Assembly (NCBI GenBank): GCA_905178155.1
Contig: CAJINV010000004.1
Span: 3,319,320 to 3,383,319, forward strand
Direction: 5' to 3'
Source: Amoebophrya sp. A120
Lineage: Eukaryota; Protista; Dinoflagellata
Length of the DNA: 64,000 nt
Below are positions 12,401 to 24,224 of this stretch, piece after piece. Made by a program: the position numbers and the translations under genes. Position 1 is the first letter of the stretch, and each line of letters begins with the position of its first letter. The notes beneath the pieces are model-generated. The model was not told the DNA's origin. It saw only the letters and a program-made list of their open reading frames with translations, and did not search any database.

Positions 12401-13826
12401 GGTTTTTCGTGGTGGTCAAGAGGTTTTTCGACAAGTCCAGCTTTTGCAGGGAGGGCAGATCGAGCACCGGGAGGACGCGCAGCTGGTTCTCGGACAAATT
12501 CAAAGTTTTCACCTTTTGAAACTCAAACTGGTTCAGATTGTACAACCCCATCTTCGACAGGTCGACGTTCTCCAGCAGCAACACCCGCTTTCCCGCGGCC
12601 TCGGCCCCGACGGCCCGCTCCTGTAAAATCTTCTCCCGGGTTTTCTTGGCCTGGTGGATCTTCGCAATGTGCTGGAGGGAATCGTCCATCGCGTCGACTG
12701 CGTGTTCGTGCCGGAACTCCCGAAGCGCCTGCTGCCGGGAACGCGCCTGGTGGACGAGAGGCAGAACATGAGAATTGTTTTATTCAGCTATTGGATGCAG
12801 AAAATTTTGCGTGCTGGTGTTGCTGCGTCGAAGAAGATTCGATAAAATTCTTACCGTGGTGGAGCTAAGGATAAAGTAAGTTAGTATCTATGTACTCAAT
12901 CTCGATATGACACTTCATCGTTGAAGGTATGGAAAAGATGAGAAATGAATCATGCATAAAGTACTTAGCCTTACCTCCGCGACAACATTAGTGCCGGTCT
13001 TTCCTCTGTCGCGACCGGTAGGCGACCCGCTCCGACTTGCCGCGTTCTTGCCAGCCTGGTGGGTCGTGTCCGTGTGATATGACAGAAATAAAGTTCGCTT
13101 CGCTGCTACTTTTTCTTTTCTTGGACGGGAGTGATGTTGTCATACATATTGCTGCTGATTACAGGTTGCTCCTCGCCTAAATATGAAGCCGCGTGACTCG
13201 TTAACTACTCCTTGAGCGAGCCCGAAAAAGCTGCGAAAAACAAAAGGGAGTACATTACCTGTTCATCACGGCCCGAAAGAGGTGGTTCTGACGGGGCGGA
13301 GAAGTTGTAATTTGGCTTGCCCAGTGGTGGCGGTTTGGGGATCCGGAGGGACAGCTTTTTCGACGCGATCTGTGGAAAGTGATCATGTCATGCAAGTGCT
13401 ACTAAAAACGAGCTTGGAAAAACAAATGGAACTACGATATTGCTATGTTGATAGATGATCAACACAAAAATCTGCAGCAACGAAGACAAAGAACACTTTA
13501 GAATTAGACTCCGATCGCTCTATTAATTAATATACCTCTTTTCGAAAACCGCCAATATTGGTGACGTCGCGACCCCCGATCAGTGTGAAATCGGGCCCAG
13601 GCGGATTTTCTGGTGCATGGTGGTCCGGCTGGAGATTTTTTCCTGACATAAACCCCGCAGCTGGACCAGGAGATCCGTCTTCCGAGTCCACTCGCAGCGA
13701 AAACTTCCGGGTGAGACTCTTCACCGATCTGAGCTGCTTGCCAGACGAGCTGGACGCTGCGGCGCTGTCGCCCACTGCAGGTCCGCTCCCGAAGCTTGCA
13801 ACTTGCTCACGCGACTCGTCCAACAT
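6345..13826 (-). CDS. Large multi-exon protein with SDS22-like leucine-rich repeats and LRR cap, long low-complexity C-terminus (single-gene model tentative)
   Basis: LxxLxLxxNxL repeats in 12060-12689; GT-AG join gives cap-like YYWNQIAN|YCGPRLLWIDD; downstream ORFs join in frame across 11 introners and short GT-AG introns; the join around 9100-9380 is not resolved. Confidence 0.65.
6420..6727. mobile_element. Introner family A
   Basis: Family A TIRs; perfect TSD ctgct. Confidence 0.92.
7106..7214. mobile_element. Minimal introner (109 bp), family D-like
   Basis: Perfect 28-bp TIR tatccaggaaaaaacacccatccccatc; TSD cctgg. Confidence 0.92.
7991..8255. mobile_element. Introner family C
   Basis: TIR tatcaaatgtaaaaatgtctgggtctg / cagacccagacacttttgcatttgata; TSD cgttt. 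Confidence 0.92.
8686..8821. mobile_element. Introner family B (in frame, stop-free)
   Basis: Ends tatgcattgcaa..gtatcgtact / agtacgatacttttgcacaggata; TSD agctg. Confidence 0.92.
9439..9591. mobile_element. Introner family B
   Basis: Family B TIRs; TSD tggac. Confidence 0.92.
9638..9945. mobile_element. Introner family A (reverse orientation)
   Basis: Family A TIRs; TSD cgctg. Confidence 0.92.
10150..10460. mobile_element. Introner family E-like
   Basis: TIR ttttacagtgaaaaatgcccccac / gtgggggcatttttccttgtaata; TSD tcccg. Confidence 0.88.
10671..10928. mobile_element. Introner family C
   Basis: Starts TGT instead of TAT; TSD gccct/gccgt. Confidence 0.88.
10969..11113. mobile_element. Introner family B
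   Basis: tatcctgtgcaaaagtatcg..cgatacttttgcagttcata; TSD ggttt. Confidence 0.92.
11387..11638. mobile_element. Introner family C
   Basis: Family C TIRs; TSD ggtga. Confidence 0.92.
11697..11852. mobile_element. Introner family B
   Basis: Family B TIRs; TSD tggtt. Confidence 0.92.
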
Positions 13827-14561
13827 TGATATTCCAAAAAAAAGTGAAGATCTTCAAGCAGAGTAAAGCAAGAGAGAGAGGTACTAGGCTCAAAGTTGTA
13901 GGTTCATTCTAATAAACTGCAAAAGTCTTTGCCAAACGCAAGGGTGGGAAGAAAGCCCAACATGCGTAGAAGAAGTTCACACGGACTGCATTTAGCGACA
14001 CACCACGACACGAAAACGAAAACTTGCTTCATCTATCAATCCACATGATAGGAAGTAGTGCTCGAACGCTCAGTGCTGGTGTGTACTGGCATGTAGCTTT
14101 TCTACTGAACGACTAAGAAAGGCCAAGGTGACGAAAACCAATTCACTCCTTCGATCGACTATAAACACGAACACGAAGACCACGACGGACATACTAGTAC
14201 TGCATGATAAAGGCAAAACGACTCAGACGCGCCAAACCAAATACCACGGCGGCCGCAAGCTGCAAAGTTCGGTAGAAACAAGATGATGCGACCACGATTT
14301 ATTCCGTCGAACACCTCCGAATCGCCTCGAACCGCAGTGCACAGTGCGAGTACCGCAGTGGCAGAGGCAGCGCGGGCGATAGTATGCCGAATCGATGTGA
14401 GCGCTCTCGTCCGGTCGTAGTTTTGGTTGTGAGAAATCTGGATATTACAATGGACGAAATTTCCATCATTCAACATCGCGACGTTAATATCTAATAGTTG
14501 CAGGTGTGGCTTGTGTTAGTACCTCGACGAGAAATCAGTCCGTGTCAAAGAAGAAGATATT

Positions 14562-15626
14562 TCACTCGTCGACCTCCATTTTTGCTGGTTCTTGTTCCCC
14601 GCTCTTGTTGCCTCCCTTCTTCGGCTTTGATCGCACTTTTTTCTTCGTCATCGCAACGTCTGCTTGCTGCGTTTCTGCTGATACGTTTGTCGTTGGAGCA
14701 GGCGCCGATGTCAGATTTGCAGCAGCTGACGCAGGTGCGGCTGTTTGAGAAGTCAATTTTTGTCGATTGGACATTGTAGTTGTACTTTATATTCTCTCCT
14801 TCATTATCATTTCTCTACAGTAACGAAAAAGATAAAGATCCGCTCTTGCTGCGATGCAGTACCGCTCTTTGCTTAGGAACAATAAAGTAGCAAAACTTAA
14901 AACTCTGTCATACCAGCCGCAGCCTTTGCCTCCCCCTCCGCTTTCCTTCGCGCTTTTTTCTGGGCCCGGTAGGCTTCCCGCTTGGGTTGCTTTTTCGCTT
15001 TCCTTTCCGCGTTGATGACCTGCTGGGAATTCTCCTTCGTGCGAATAATATGCATTGCAAAAGTATCGTATTCGTATAAATGCATTACAAATTCCCTCAG
15101 CATGAGAAATAAAATTTGTCACGCGGATTTACCTTCGGAAAAAAATTTGTAATGCATGACTGAAATTACTACGAGTACGATGCTTTTGCACAGGATAAAT
15201 AAACGCGGTCACCAACTCCTTGTTCTTCTTGCTGTTCAGCGCCAAGGCGCGCCCGTTGCGGTATGGATTGCAAAAATGTCTGGGTCTGGAAGATTGCGAG
15301 ATTTGTCATGCTAGTCTGGCATAATTCTGCACTCTGTATTGCGTGGCCACCAAGAGGCCGTCTTGCCTGTCATGCAAAAGGAAAAGCGCAGTTTCTCATG
15401 CGAAATACGCAGGACAAGAGCACGAAGAGACTTGTCATGCTTGGTGGTTCATTACAGAACAGTTACTGTTCACGGGCTTGCATCACAAGTTTCCAGACCC
15501 AGACATTTTTGCATTTCATATGCGGCACTTCTTCACGATTTTCCTCGCCAGACTCTTCGTCTTCACCCGGTGCGGCTTCACCTTCAACAGCCCCCGTCTC
15601 TTACCGCGCGCGTGCAGGTTCGCCAT
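14562..15626 (-). CDS. Small Lys/Arg-rich protein of unknown function, 4 exons
   Basis: MANLHARGKRRGLLKVKPHRVKTK..KKCR|NGRALALNSKKNKELVTAFI|RTKENSQ..AKAAA|AAPASA..KMEVDE; two introners and one GT-AG intron. Confidence 0.7.
15049..15197. mobile_element. Introner family B
   Basis: Family B TIRs; TSD aataa. Confidence 0.92.
15262..15520. mobile_element. Introner family C
   Basis: Family C TIRs; TSD tgcgg. Confidence 0.92.
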
Positions 15627-16151
15627 TTTTCTGTATTTTTCGAAAGAGGCTTTCTTCTATTTTTAGTACTAAATACTTACAACAATTGGAGAAGTAGTGG
15701 ATACTACAACTTTATGACCTTACAATCGAACAGACAATCCACGTTCTGTTGTTGACACTGAGATTTTTGTGGGCTTATATCGTCAAGTAGATCTACATGC
15801 GCGTTTTCTGCTGGTTCTTGTACTAACAAACTAGTAGGTTCTATGAGACACCAGCATTATTGCGCATTCCTTGAATGACGCGGGCAGATCCGCATTTCTG
15901 TTCTGTCGAGATCCGATCTTTTCTGTATAAAATTTTTGATCCTAACCATGAGGATCTTCTACGCGCATCATCATATTTTCTTCCATCTAGTCTTCTACTG
16001 GATCACGAAACTGGCTGACACATTTCATGATCAAGCTTGTGCCCTACAGGCTTGGGTGGGTGAAAATCTCATCGCATTTGAATCGCTAGTATGGTCAGTC
16101 TGATGATTTTCATCGAAAAAAAGAATCTACTGCATCTGGATCAATACAAAC

Positions 16152-19100
16152 TCATATCCATCCGTGCGCCCGCACCCCGGCTTTTCGTAGGCGGAGTAAG
16201 TAGTCATACGGAATCCGAAAGTTTCCAACGCGATTTAGTGTCGCAGAAGATGAGGTCCTCTCTCCTCGTCTTGTTTGCAAGCTGGTGCTGTGGTCGACCT
16301 GCGCCACTCCACGACCTCGACCACGACCTCCGGGGAGCTGCATGTTCAGGTTGAAGAGCGTGTGAGTGTGCGGCTCCCAAAAAAACTCGAAAAGACGCAG
16401 CGGTAACGGTAAGCGGGTGCTCGCATTAAGTCGTGTATTTGACTTTGCTTCCAACGCATCGAGCAGACCGTCTAAGAACTCGTGCTCTAGAACGGGGTTA
16501 TCCACATCCAGCTTGATTACACAGACTGGCAGTCGTACTTGCCGTAGGCCTGTTTTCCTGTTCTGACCCAGAATGGTGGTCCTCTGCCCGTGAAGATCTG
16601 CAGTGGCTGAGGCTTCGTCTGTCTCTACAACTTCGTCTGGTGGTCTGCGGTCGTTGAATCCAGTTCCAGAGGTTGTTTTTGCGCTTCCTTGGCACAAGTC
16701 CTTTACGTCCTCCAGCAACTCGGAAGCGCTTGTCACCGCATGGCGAACTGTAAGCACCACCGCATTATTTTCATCTCGATTTCTATCACTAGCGTGACTT
16801 TCCTCTTCATCAGAGTTGGTAAGCACCTGCCGTCGTCGTGTCCTTTCGAGCGAGAAAGCGAATTGGGTCCGCTGATCAATCGCGGCATGAATCTTTCGTA
16901 CCTGAAATTCATTTTCTCGTGCTGAGCAACAACATGAACTGTCTCCGCTCTCCGCATGGTTTTCGACTGTCTGATGCGCAGTCGTGTCATTTAGTGACAA
17001 AAATTGACGATCTCCACAACAACACCCCGCTTGATGTTCCAAGTAGGCTAATGAATGCGCTTCCACTTGCCTTTGATACCTTTGCGGATCGAGTTTTTGC
17101 TTCTCGTAGACAATGATTTCGTCAAAACTGACCTTATTTCGCCTGTACATTTCCACGAGCCACTTGGTGCTAGAACCTGTGTCGCCTGTGTCGTAGTAGC
17201 CACCCCCGTATCCTGTGCAAAAGTATCGCACTCGTATTGCAGTCATGCATTACAAGTCTTTTCTTATAGGTAAATCCGCATTGCAAATTTTATTTCTCAT
17301 GCTGAGGAAATTTGTAATGCATTTAAACGAGTACGATACTTTTGCAGTTCATACCCCGATATCGATCAGAACTACTTTTGGCGAAGGTGCTGAGGACAAA
17401 CCTCCAGCAAAGTCGCTCATGCTGGTGTCCTCGTTTCCATGATTATGATCTGCAGGGTGTATGGCTAGGGGTCGTACTAGAGTAGATGATACCTCCGGCG
17501 CAGAAAACAGACTAGCAAAATAAAAATAAGCTACATCTTCTTGCCTCCCCAAAACTAAGTAGCTGCGGTCCGTCGCCGCTGCGTAAACGGCGCGCGCGAG
17601 GAGTAATCCAAGGCTCAGACTTTGTTTGATGTCCGCCTCTTCTAAGTCGATTCCCTTAGCCAGGCTGGAAAAGAGTTTTTGCGCACCGGCTTCCAAACTT
17701 TTGATCTGAGGGTCGTCCTTTTCCGCTGCAATTGCATCCTGGTCTGCAGGACCACCAACACCCGAAGGCAGCAAAAGAACCTCCTCGAGAAGAAAGGCGT
17801 TCAGTAGCTCACTTAGCAAATGACGCGATGGGTTGTCGTGCCGCCTCGCTGTGGGCAGTCGTGTGAGATCAGGCTGAGAAGTACTTCTAGACAAGGACCG
17901 GTCTCTACTTGTGCCGGACGCAGCCGAGCCGGCCAAATACTGCACCGCGTGCCGCAACATGGCGGAGAGGGTCGTCCTATCGTCGAAATCCAAGACATTT
18001 GTGGCGTCTGTCGTAGGTAGGGCCGCACTCACACGGCGAGGACCTGGATCAGCTTCAGCATCAGACGTACTATCTTCGTTTCCACTTCCAACCAGGTGAA
18101 ACGCCGCAAACACATCCCGCGGCCAGGCCTCCAACAGTATCCGCCGTTCCGCTTCGGAAAGCCGCAGTCTCTCGCTGTAGTACTCCAGCAAATTTTATCC
18201 AGGAAAAAAACACCATCACAATCACACTTAGGAGGTTTTGCATCAGAAATTTGTCTCGTATGACAAATTTTTCTTGTATTGCAAAAACACAAAAGGAAAC
18301 TTGGTTGGATACCTATAACACTTGACTGTGATGCATTTTTGCGCATGACAAAAATTTTTGTATTGCAAAAATGTGCAAAAGTGATTGTGATGGTGCTTTT
18401 TTCTTGAATAAATTTGTCGTCACGCACGGCCACAGTGCGTGTCGGAGCAAGAAGGCCAAGGGCTCCAGAGGGGTAGAAGAGGATGTAGTTGAATTCGTCC
18501 ACTGTAGTAGAGACGGTGCTTTTTCTGATGTCGAGATTTGTGCACAACTTGTAGTTTTTTGTCGTCGTACATGATAGCTGTAGAACTCCTTGTCATGTCC
18601 AAAACTGGTGCCAACATCGTCTTTGCGACAACCCGATATGACGCAGCTCGTCGGAGGTCCAGCCAGAGGCTGTTGGTCGGTTTTTGTCTCCGTCTCGCGA
18701 CCAGACACGCGGTTGTTCGTGTTCCTCGTGGTCGTGCCGCAACAAAGTGGGCCCAACGCATTAGAAGTTGTCCCCCAGTATGTACCTGTAGTTCGTGCGC
18801 TCCACTGTTTCAATAAGCGCGTGGCATTGCGGTTTCTGCATGGGGTTTCTGCCCAATCGGGGTTTGCCAGCCAAGCCCGCTCCAGTGCGCTGGACTGATA
18901 CTGCAGTTCGGATTCTTGTCCAGGTTCAGCCTGTGCTGGCAGCGCGGTGCTCTTGCTTCTCGGCTTCGTTATGGTTTGCGCAACTACGCCGGATGCGATT
19001 CCAATGGTCTTGAGAAAGCGAACGACAAAGCGCTGGCATAGTTCTGCGAAAGAAAAACTACCTGCGTGGTACCTGCAGCGACCGCGAGTTCGGTTCCGCA

Positions 19101-19164
19101 TAATCAAGAACGTGCTGACCAAAACAAGACGCATGTGTGTACGGGATGAGAAAAAATGTGACAC
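16152..19164 (-). CDS. FkbM-like SAM-dependent methyltransferase-fold protein, 3 exons
   Basis: Rejoined motifs EPLAFLLRH, VVLIDIG|GGYY, FDEIIVYE, VIKLDVDNPVLE, FEFFWEPH, LRKAGVRAHGWI. Confidence 0.65.
17209..17353. mobile_element. Introner family B, splitting the DIGGG motif
   Basis: Family B TIRs; TSD ccccg. Confidence 0.92.
18196..18410. mobile_element. Introner family D-like
   Basis: TIR tatccaggaaaaaaacaccatcacaatcactt-like; TSD aattt. Confidence 0.9.
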
Positions 19165-19580
19165 ACATCGATTGTTGTTGAGTTAGTACCACTATATCGA
19201 ATTATAAAAACGGGGAAAACAACCTGGACAAACGAAGACAAAGAGGGTGACTTACTCCTTTATCGTGGACACCTGACTGCGTTCGTCCCAAATTCGCGAG
19301 GAACAAGAGGTCTTCCATTCGTGTGGCTTCGGGTGTGCTTTGAAATTTTCCTTTTCAACAGCACATAATCTTTTTACTGTTGTCACTCTGGCAGCGCAAA
19401 TTCGCACTGACCACGTACTTCTACTGAGGTTTCATACATATTTTCAGAACCAACAACTGACTCGTCTCCGCACTGTAACTACTGTTAAAAACACTTGGTT
19501 CATCTGGTCGTGCGGAAATCAAAATTCGCAGCTCGCTTGATACTTCTGATACGACCCTGCTATTCATCCCGTCTGCGTTT

Positions 19581-22055
19581 CTAGTACGTGAAGGCTGTGA
19601 AGCTGAATTTTTGTTCCCGCTTCCCAGCGTCGTCCTCAGGGACTTGCAGTCCCGGTTGACCATGCTGCTGGTTGTTGTTCTCGGGGACTAGTACAACAGG
19701 GGCTTTACTAGAACCTTTTTCCTCGACATTTTCTTCGATCTCCACTTTCGCCTTTTTCAGTGCAGGTTCCCCTGACTGCAGCAGCCCGTCGTCGTTACTG
19801 CACTTTTCTTGTTCCCCATGACCTCTGTCAAATTCCACTGCTTCTTCCACTTCGCTGGCGCTGAAGGCGAAATTGGCCAAGTCATCGTCCGCAATGAAAT
19901 CCTCCCCGGACCGATAGCCGGCAGCCGAACCAGCACCGGCTGCGGAACTACTCCGGGAGGACCGCACGGCGGGGCTGGGCGGCGGAGAAGTAGTATTTGT
20001 AGTTGTGTTTATTGGCGGGAAAGGTGGCGATTGTGGTTGTAGTTCATCTAGTCCCTCTTGTTTCTGATTTTCCCCTACTTCTTCGACGTCGTGCTTATAA
20101 AAGCCTTCTTCGATCAAGGCCGCGGGAGGTGGTTCTGACGTTTCGATTTTGGGTGATGTCGCCGCTTCTTGATGCCGTGCAAGCGGTGTTCGTCGTGTCT
20201 CTTCCTGTTCTGGTGAAATAGGTTGGACTTGTTCGATAGTATTGGTATTCATTTTATCGTGTCTTGTTTCAGCAGTGTCGGCGACGTCGCGGCTCAAAGA
20301 AGCAGCCACCGTTTCGGAAGGTGACCTCACGGAATCATTTTCCGCACGAGCTTGAGCAGCCAGTTTATTTTCCGTCGCGACGATACCGATAGCGGCGTCG
20401 CCTCGTTCTCCATTTCCATGCAGACACCTATCCTCCGGCGCCGAAAAACAAGGTTCGGCTACCTGTCGCTCTTCCCCCTGGTGATGCTCTACGCGAGAAC
20501 TTCCCAAAGTACTAGATCCAGCGACCGCTTGTTGTTCCGTCGATGCTCTTTGCACTTGCTCCAGTCTCGATATCTTTTCTTGTTCATCTACAGGTACAAT
20601 TTCGGGCGTGTCGTGTCCTCGCGGGCTTGGAAGAGCTACAGGACTTCCTTCTTTGCAGCCCAATATCGTACCATCCTCTCTTGCTTTTGAAGCACCGGTG
20701 GCAGTAGATTCTGGCGCAAAAGTATTTTCCTGCTCCAGTTCCTTGACCAACTCACTTGTTGTCCCTGGTTCTCGAAGTTGCCTTGCTTCTGGTTCGATAT
20801 TGGCCGGCGCAGAGTTTTTACTTCCATCATCTACCTCGTCTTGAAGGTCAACAAAAAGGTCTTCCGCAGAGAGCGGATTTTGCTGCTCCAGCTCGGCATC
20901 CACTTCCTGTGGCTCCGTATAATTTTCAGCCTGCTCGCCAAGGAGCTTCGCCGGTGTAGGGCGTGCCTCGACGGAAGATTCATTTTTTGTGTCGTTTATT
21001 TTCGGTGCATCTTCCGCAACAGCTTCTTGTTCGGTGGAACAAGCGCGCAGTGGTACAACTCGTGGCGCACCTTCAGCAGCACTTTCATCTGTCGGTGCTC
21101 TCTTCGTTAGATCACCACTGCCAGCACCCGCAGCCACATCGGGAGGTTCTCCAGCTTCGACGCCCGGTGAGCACAGTGCCGTCGTTCTTGATTTGTCGTC
21201 GGAAGGTGTCGGAGGTAAAAACGTATTCAGAAGCAGGTTGTCGAGTGGGCTCGAAATCATTTCTTCCAGAACTGATGTTCCGGCGAGGACGTCTAGCGTT
21301 CTTGCACTTTCATCCCTATTTGACGTGGTTCCACACAATTTCGCTTGTAGTTCCGATCGCAGCACAAGTTTCGGAAAAACCACCTCCATGGCGAACCGGC
21401 GTAACCTCTGCACGCACCCTTCGAGCGCCTCGTCTTGGGAATTAAAATTATCGGCAGACGAACAAGAAAGAATACCCGCTTCGCTCGTCTCCGCGCGCAT
21501 CCAAGGCAGCCAGGCTATGGCTTGCAACAGGAAGATCCGGAGGGTGGATATGGAATTGGAAGTCGAGGACGCGCAAGAAGATGACATATTTGATGTTCCC
21601 TGCAGCTTGGGAGGTGGAGCAGGAGAACCATCAACAAGGTCTCGACAGAGACTCAGGACATTGGTTTCCAGACTACTTCGCCACTTTTCCCGTTCCGCGA
21701 ACAGTCGCAGGAAAGTGGTTGTCTTACCTCGATACAACCCGCGAGGTTGTGGTCCAGGTGAAGGTCGATTGTTCTTCCCAGGTGAAGCTGTTCTAGGATT
21801 TTTTTCGCTACTCTCCTGCCGTTTCCAAAAAGCACGTTCCAGGTCGTGGGGCTCGGCGAGGTTTGTTTTTTTCGATGGCAATATCATTCGGGAGGATGAA
21901 CTTGAACTTGAGGTTGCCGAAGATGATGCGGTCATGATATTAACCCCAATATTTGTGCCGGGGCCACGCGAGGATCCGTTGTCCAGTGCAACTTCAGAAG
22001 TGGCTGGATCTACTTCTCCTGTTGTTCCTACCATGTTGTTCTTCACCGTCGTCAT
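19581..22055 (-). CDS. Hypothetical 824-aa acidic low-complexity protein, uninterrupted
   Basis: Long ORF on the same strand as neighbours; no recognisable domain. Confidence 0.7.
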   Translation of the reverse strand: MTTVKNNMVGTTGEVDPATSEVALDNGSSRGPGTNIGVNIMTASSSATSSSSSSSRMILPSKKTNLAEPHDLERAFWKRQESSEKNPRTASPGKNNRPSPGPQPRGLYRGKTTTFLRLFAEREKWRSSLETNVLSLCRDLVDGSPAPPPKLQGTSNMSSSCASSTSNSISTLRIFLLQAIAWLPWMRAETSEAGILSCSSADNFNSQDEALEGCVQRLRRFAMEVVFPKLVLRSELQAKLCGTTSNRDESARTLDVLAGTSVLEEMISSPLDNLLLNTFLPPTPSDDKSRTTALCSPGVEAGEPPDVAAGAGSGDLTKRAPTDESAAEGAPRVVPLRACSTEQEAVAEDAPKINDTKNESSVEARPTPAKLLGEQAENYTEPQEVDAELEQQNPLSAEDLFVDLQDEVDDGSKNSAPANIEPEARQLREPGTTSELVKELEQENTFAPESTATGASKAREDGTILGCKEGSPVALPSPRGHDTPEIVPVDEQEKISRLEQVQRASTEQQAVAGSSTLGSSRVEHHQGEERQVAEPCFSAPEDRCLHGNGERGDAAIGIVATENKLAAQARAENDSVRSPSETVAASLSRDVADTAETRHDKMNTNTIEQVQPISPEQEETRRTPLARHQEAATSPKIETSEPPPAALIEEGFYKHDVEEVGENQKQEGLDELQPQSPPFPPINTTTNTTSPPPSPAVRSSRSSSAAGAGSAAGYRSGEDFIADDDLANFAFSASEVEEAVEFDRGHGEQEKCSNDDGLLQSGEPALKKAKVEIEENVEEKGSSKAPVVLVPENNNQQHGQPGLQVPEDDAGKREQKFSFTAFTY

Positions 22056-22822
22056 TTTTCCTTCCAGATGAAAGGAGCTGCTGTTACTTATTTCTAGTTT
22101 ATATATGAATTTCTCAATTATGTTCTTGCGTAAAACAAATGTATGACACTGTGCTGTTTCTGTTTGGAAAGAATAAGAAAGTCACTTATAGCATTGAGAA
22201 TGAAGAGCCTATTTTCTAGATCGTCGATATCTATGTATCCTGATTAGCAAACAACATAATTCCTTTCCGGGTCCAACCGGCCGTAAAGACAATTTTGAAC
22301 GGGAACCAGATATTACGAACGTAGAAATTTCAATTTTTAGAGTTGAACTTTAGGGATCATATTACCGTGCAATAGACCGCTGGCACGATTTCAATGAATT
22401 TAACGGCAGAAGATCAAATGTTGTCGAGAGGGCATTCAAACTTACTAGGACGACTTTTTGATTGCTCGTGTATAAAGCACGAGTAAACAAATTTTATATG
22501 TCGGACCACCAACCTCGACTACGGAAAACTACGCAACTATTTAAACATTTGTTCGATTTCGCCGAACATCGCACATTTGGTCGTGCACTTGATCATGGTT
22601 TTTCCGGTCTTTTGTCTCTTCGGAAAGACCACACTTATTATGTAGTTCTCCTTCGCTTACGGAAACAGTCACAGCCTTTCGAAATTACCACGCACATCCA
22701 TCGTACAGCAGCTTATCGTGAAGTGCCAATGCCAAAACACCCAGCACCTGTCTGAATTTTACAGAAAAAGAAATTTTAAATTCAAAAACGCTTTCCAATT
22801 TCTCATCTTCCTGTCCAACTCG

Positions 22823-24224
22823 TCACGTCGCTCCCAGCCTCTCGACGATTTGCTCCTTGAACATGGCAAATCCCAGCAGCATATCAAATGTAAAAGTGTC
22901 TGGGTCTGGAAAGTTCGAACTTGTGATGCTAACTTTGGACTCTAAAAAAATCTGTATTGCATGACCAGCAAGAGGAGCCACATTTGTGCTACGCGAGGAG
23001 GGCATTTGTCATGCGGAAATGGCACCAGGAATCTTTCCAAAAATCTGTGATGCTGGGTCATGCATTACAAGCATCATGGGTCATGCCAGACAAGCATGAC
23101 AAGCCTTGCATTCTTCCAGACCCCGCCATTTTTACATTTGATACAGCAGACCAAAAAACAGGACCATGAGGCCGAAAATGAAGCTCCCATCGGACTTGTC
23201 GGAAACCACGAGCAGCACCCCGATGACGCAGAAACTGGCCGCCGCGGCTTTCCCAATGTATATCAAGTGCAAAAATGTCTGGGTCTGGAAGAATGCATGT
23301 TTGTCATGCTTGTCTGGCATGACTCTCGATTCCGTCAGGCACGTTACCCAAGAGCTCCATTTTTCTGTCATGCAGAAACGTAGTTTGTCATGGAGAATAG
23401 GCAACACCTAGAAGCTCAGAAACTTGTCATTCTGAGCCAGCACTTGTGGCCTCATCAGGATACGCCACCCAGCATTACAAGTTTCCAGACCCAGACATAT
23501 TTATTAATTTGCAATGCATAATGTAGGAGCAGTTGCAATTGACGCTCATCATGGTTCCCTCGTCCGTTCGCTGGATCGAGACGCGCTTGCTACTGGAGAA
23601 CAACGAACCTAAGGCGCCGCCGGCGCTACTTGCATTGGTGCCATTGGTGCCGCCACGGTCGCCGTCCTCCACCTCCACATCGACCTGGTTCGGGTCCGCC
23701 GCGCCAGCAGCCGCTGCAGTGCCGCGTCTACTGTTTGATGAAGCGTTAGAATTACCATTTCCGTTTCGCCCCCCAGTGCCGCTAGAAGCGCCGGCAGCAG
23801 TAGATGCAGATCCTGTCGCAGCAGCTCCTGCGCCGCGGTTATTTTGGTTCGTCCTTCCGTTGGTACCAGTTGCGGTTCCGCGATTTGTTGAGCCGGAGGA
23901 AGAGCTAGCGCCGACCACGGGGGCTCCGACGCCTCCATTGTTGTTGCTCCCCGAAGACCCGGCCGCGGCGCCGTTTTGCCGATTGGAATTGTTCCGACCG
24001 GCAGTGGTCCCCGCTCCGGAAACACCTCCTCCGGTTCCCCCGCGTCCGCTGCCCGCGGCCGACGCACTCTTCCCGACCACCGGGTTCGCCCGCCGCACGG
24101 GAATGTCCTTGTAGCCCTGCCCCGCGCACGCTTCGCACACAAACCAGCCCCCCTGTCCGCGGCCGCCGGAACGCAGGCGGCCCTCGCCCGCACACCGGGT
24201 GCACTCAACGCGCTTGTTCTCCAT
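22823..24224 (-). CDS. Protein with DnaJ-type CxxCxGxG zinc finger, Gly/Asn-rich linker and two C-terminal TM helices, 3 exons
   Basis: CTRCAGEG..CEACAGQG; rejoined ..CSYI|GKAAAASFCVIGVLLVV..FIFGLMVLFFGLL|GFAMFKEQIVERLGAT*. Confidence 0.7.
22882..23143. mobile_element. Introner family C
   Basis: Family C TIRs; TSD cagca. Confidence 0.92.
23261..23520. mobile_element. Introner family C
   Basis: Family C TIRs; TSD atgta. Confidence 0.92.

Noticed and set aside
14562-15626. DVNP or histone-like protein
   Set aside because: Basic, but lacks the DVNP core motifs as I recall them
20989-22071. 360-aa plus-strand ORF
   Set aside because: Antisense shadow of the 824-aa minus-strand ORF
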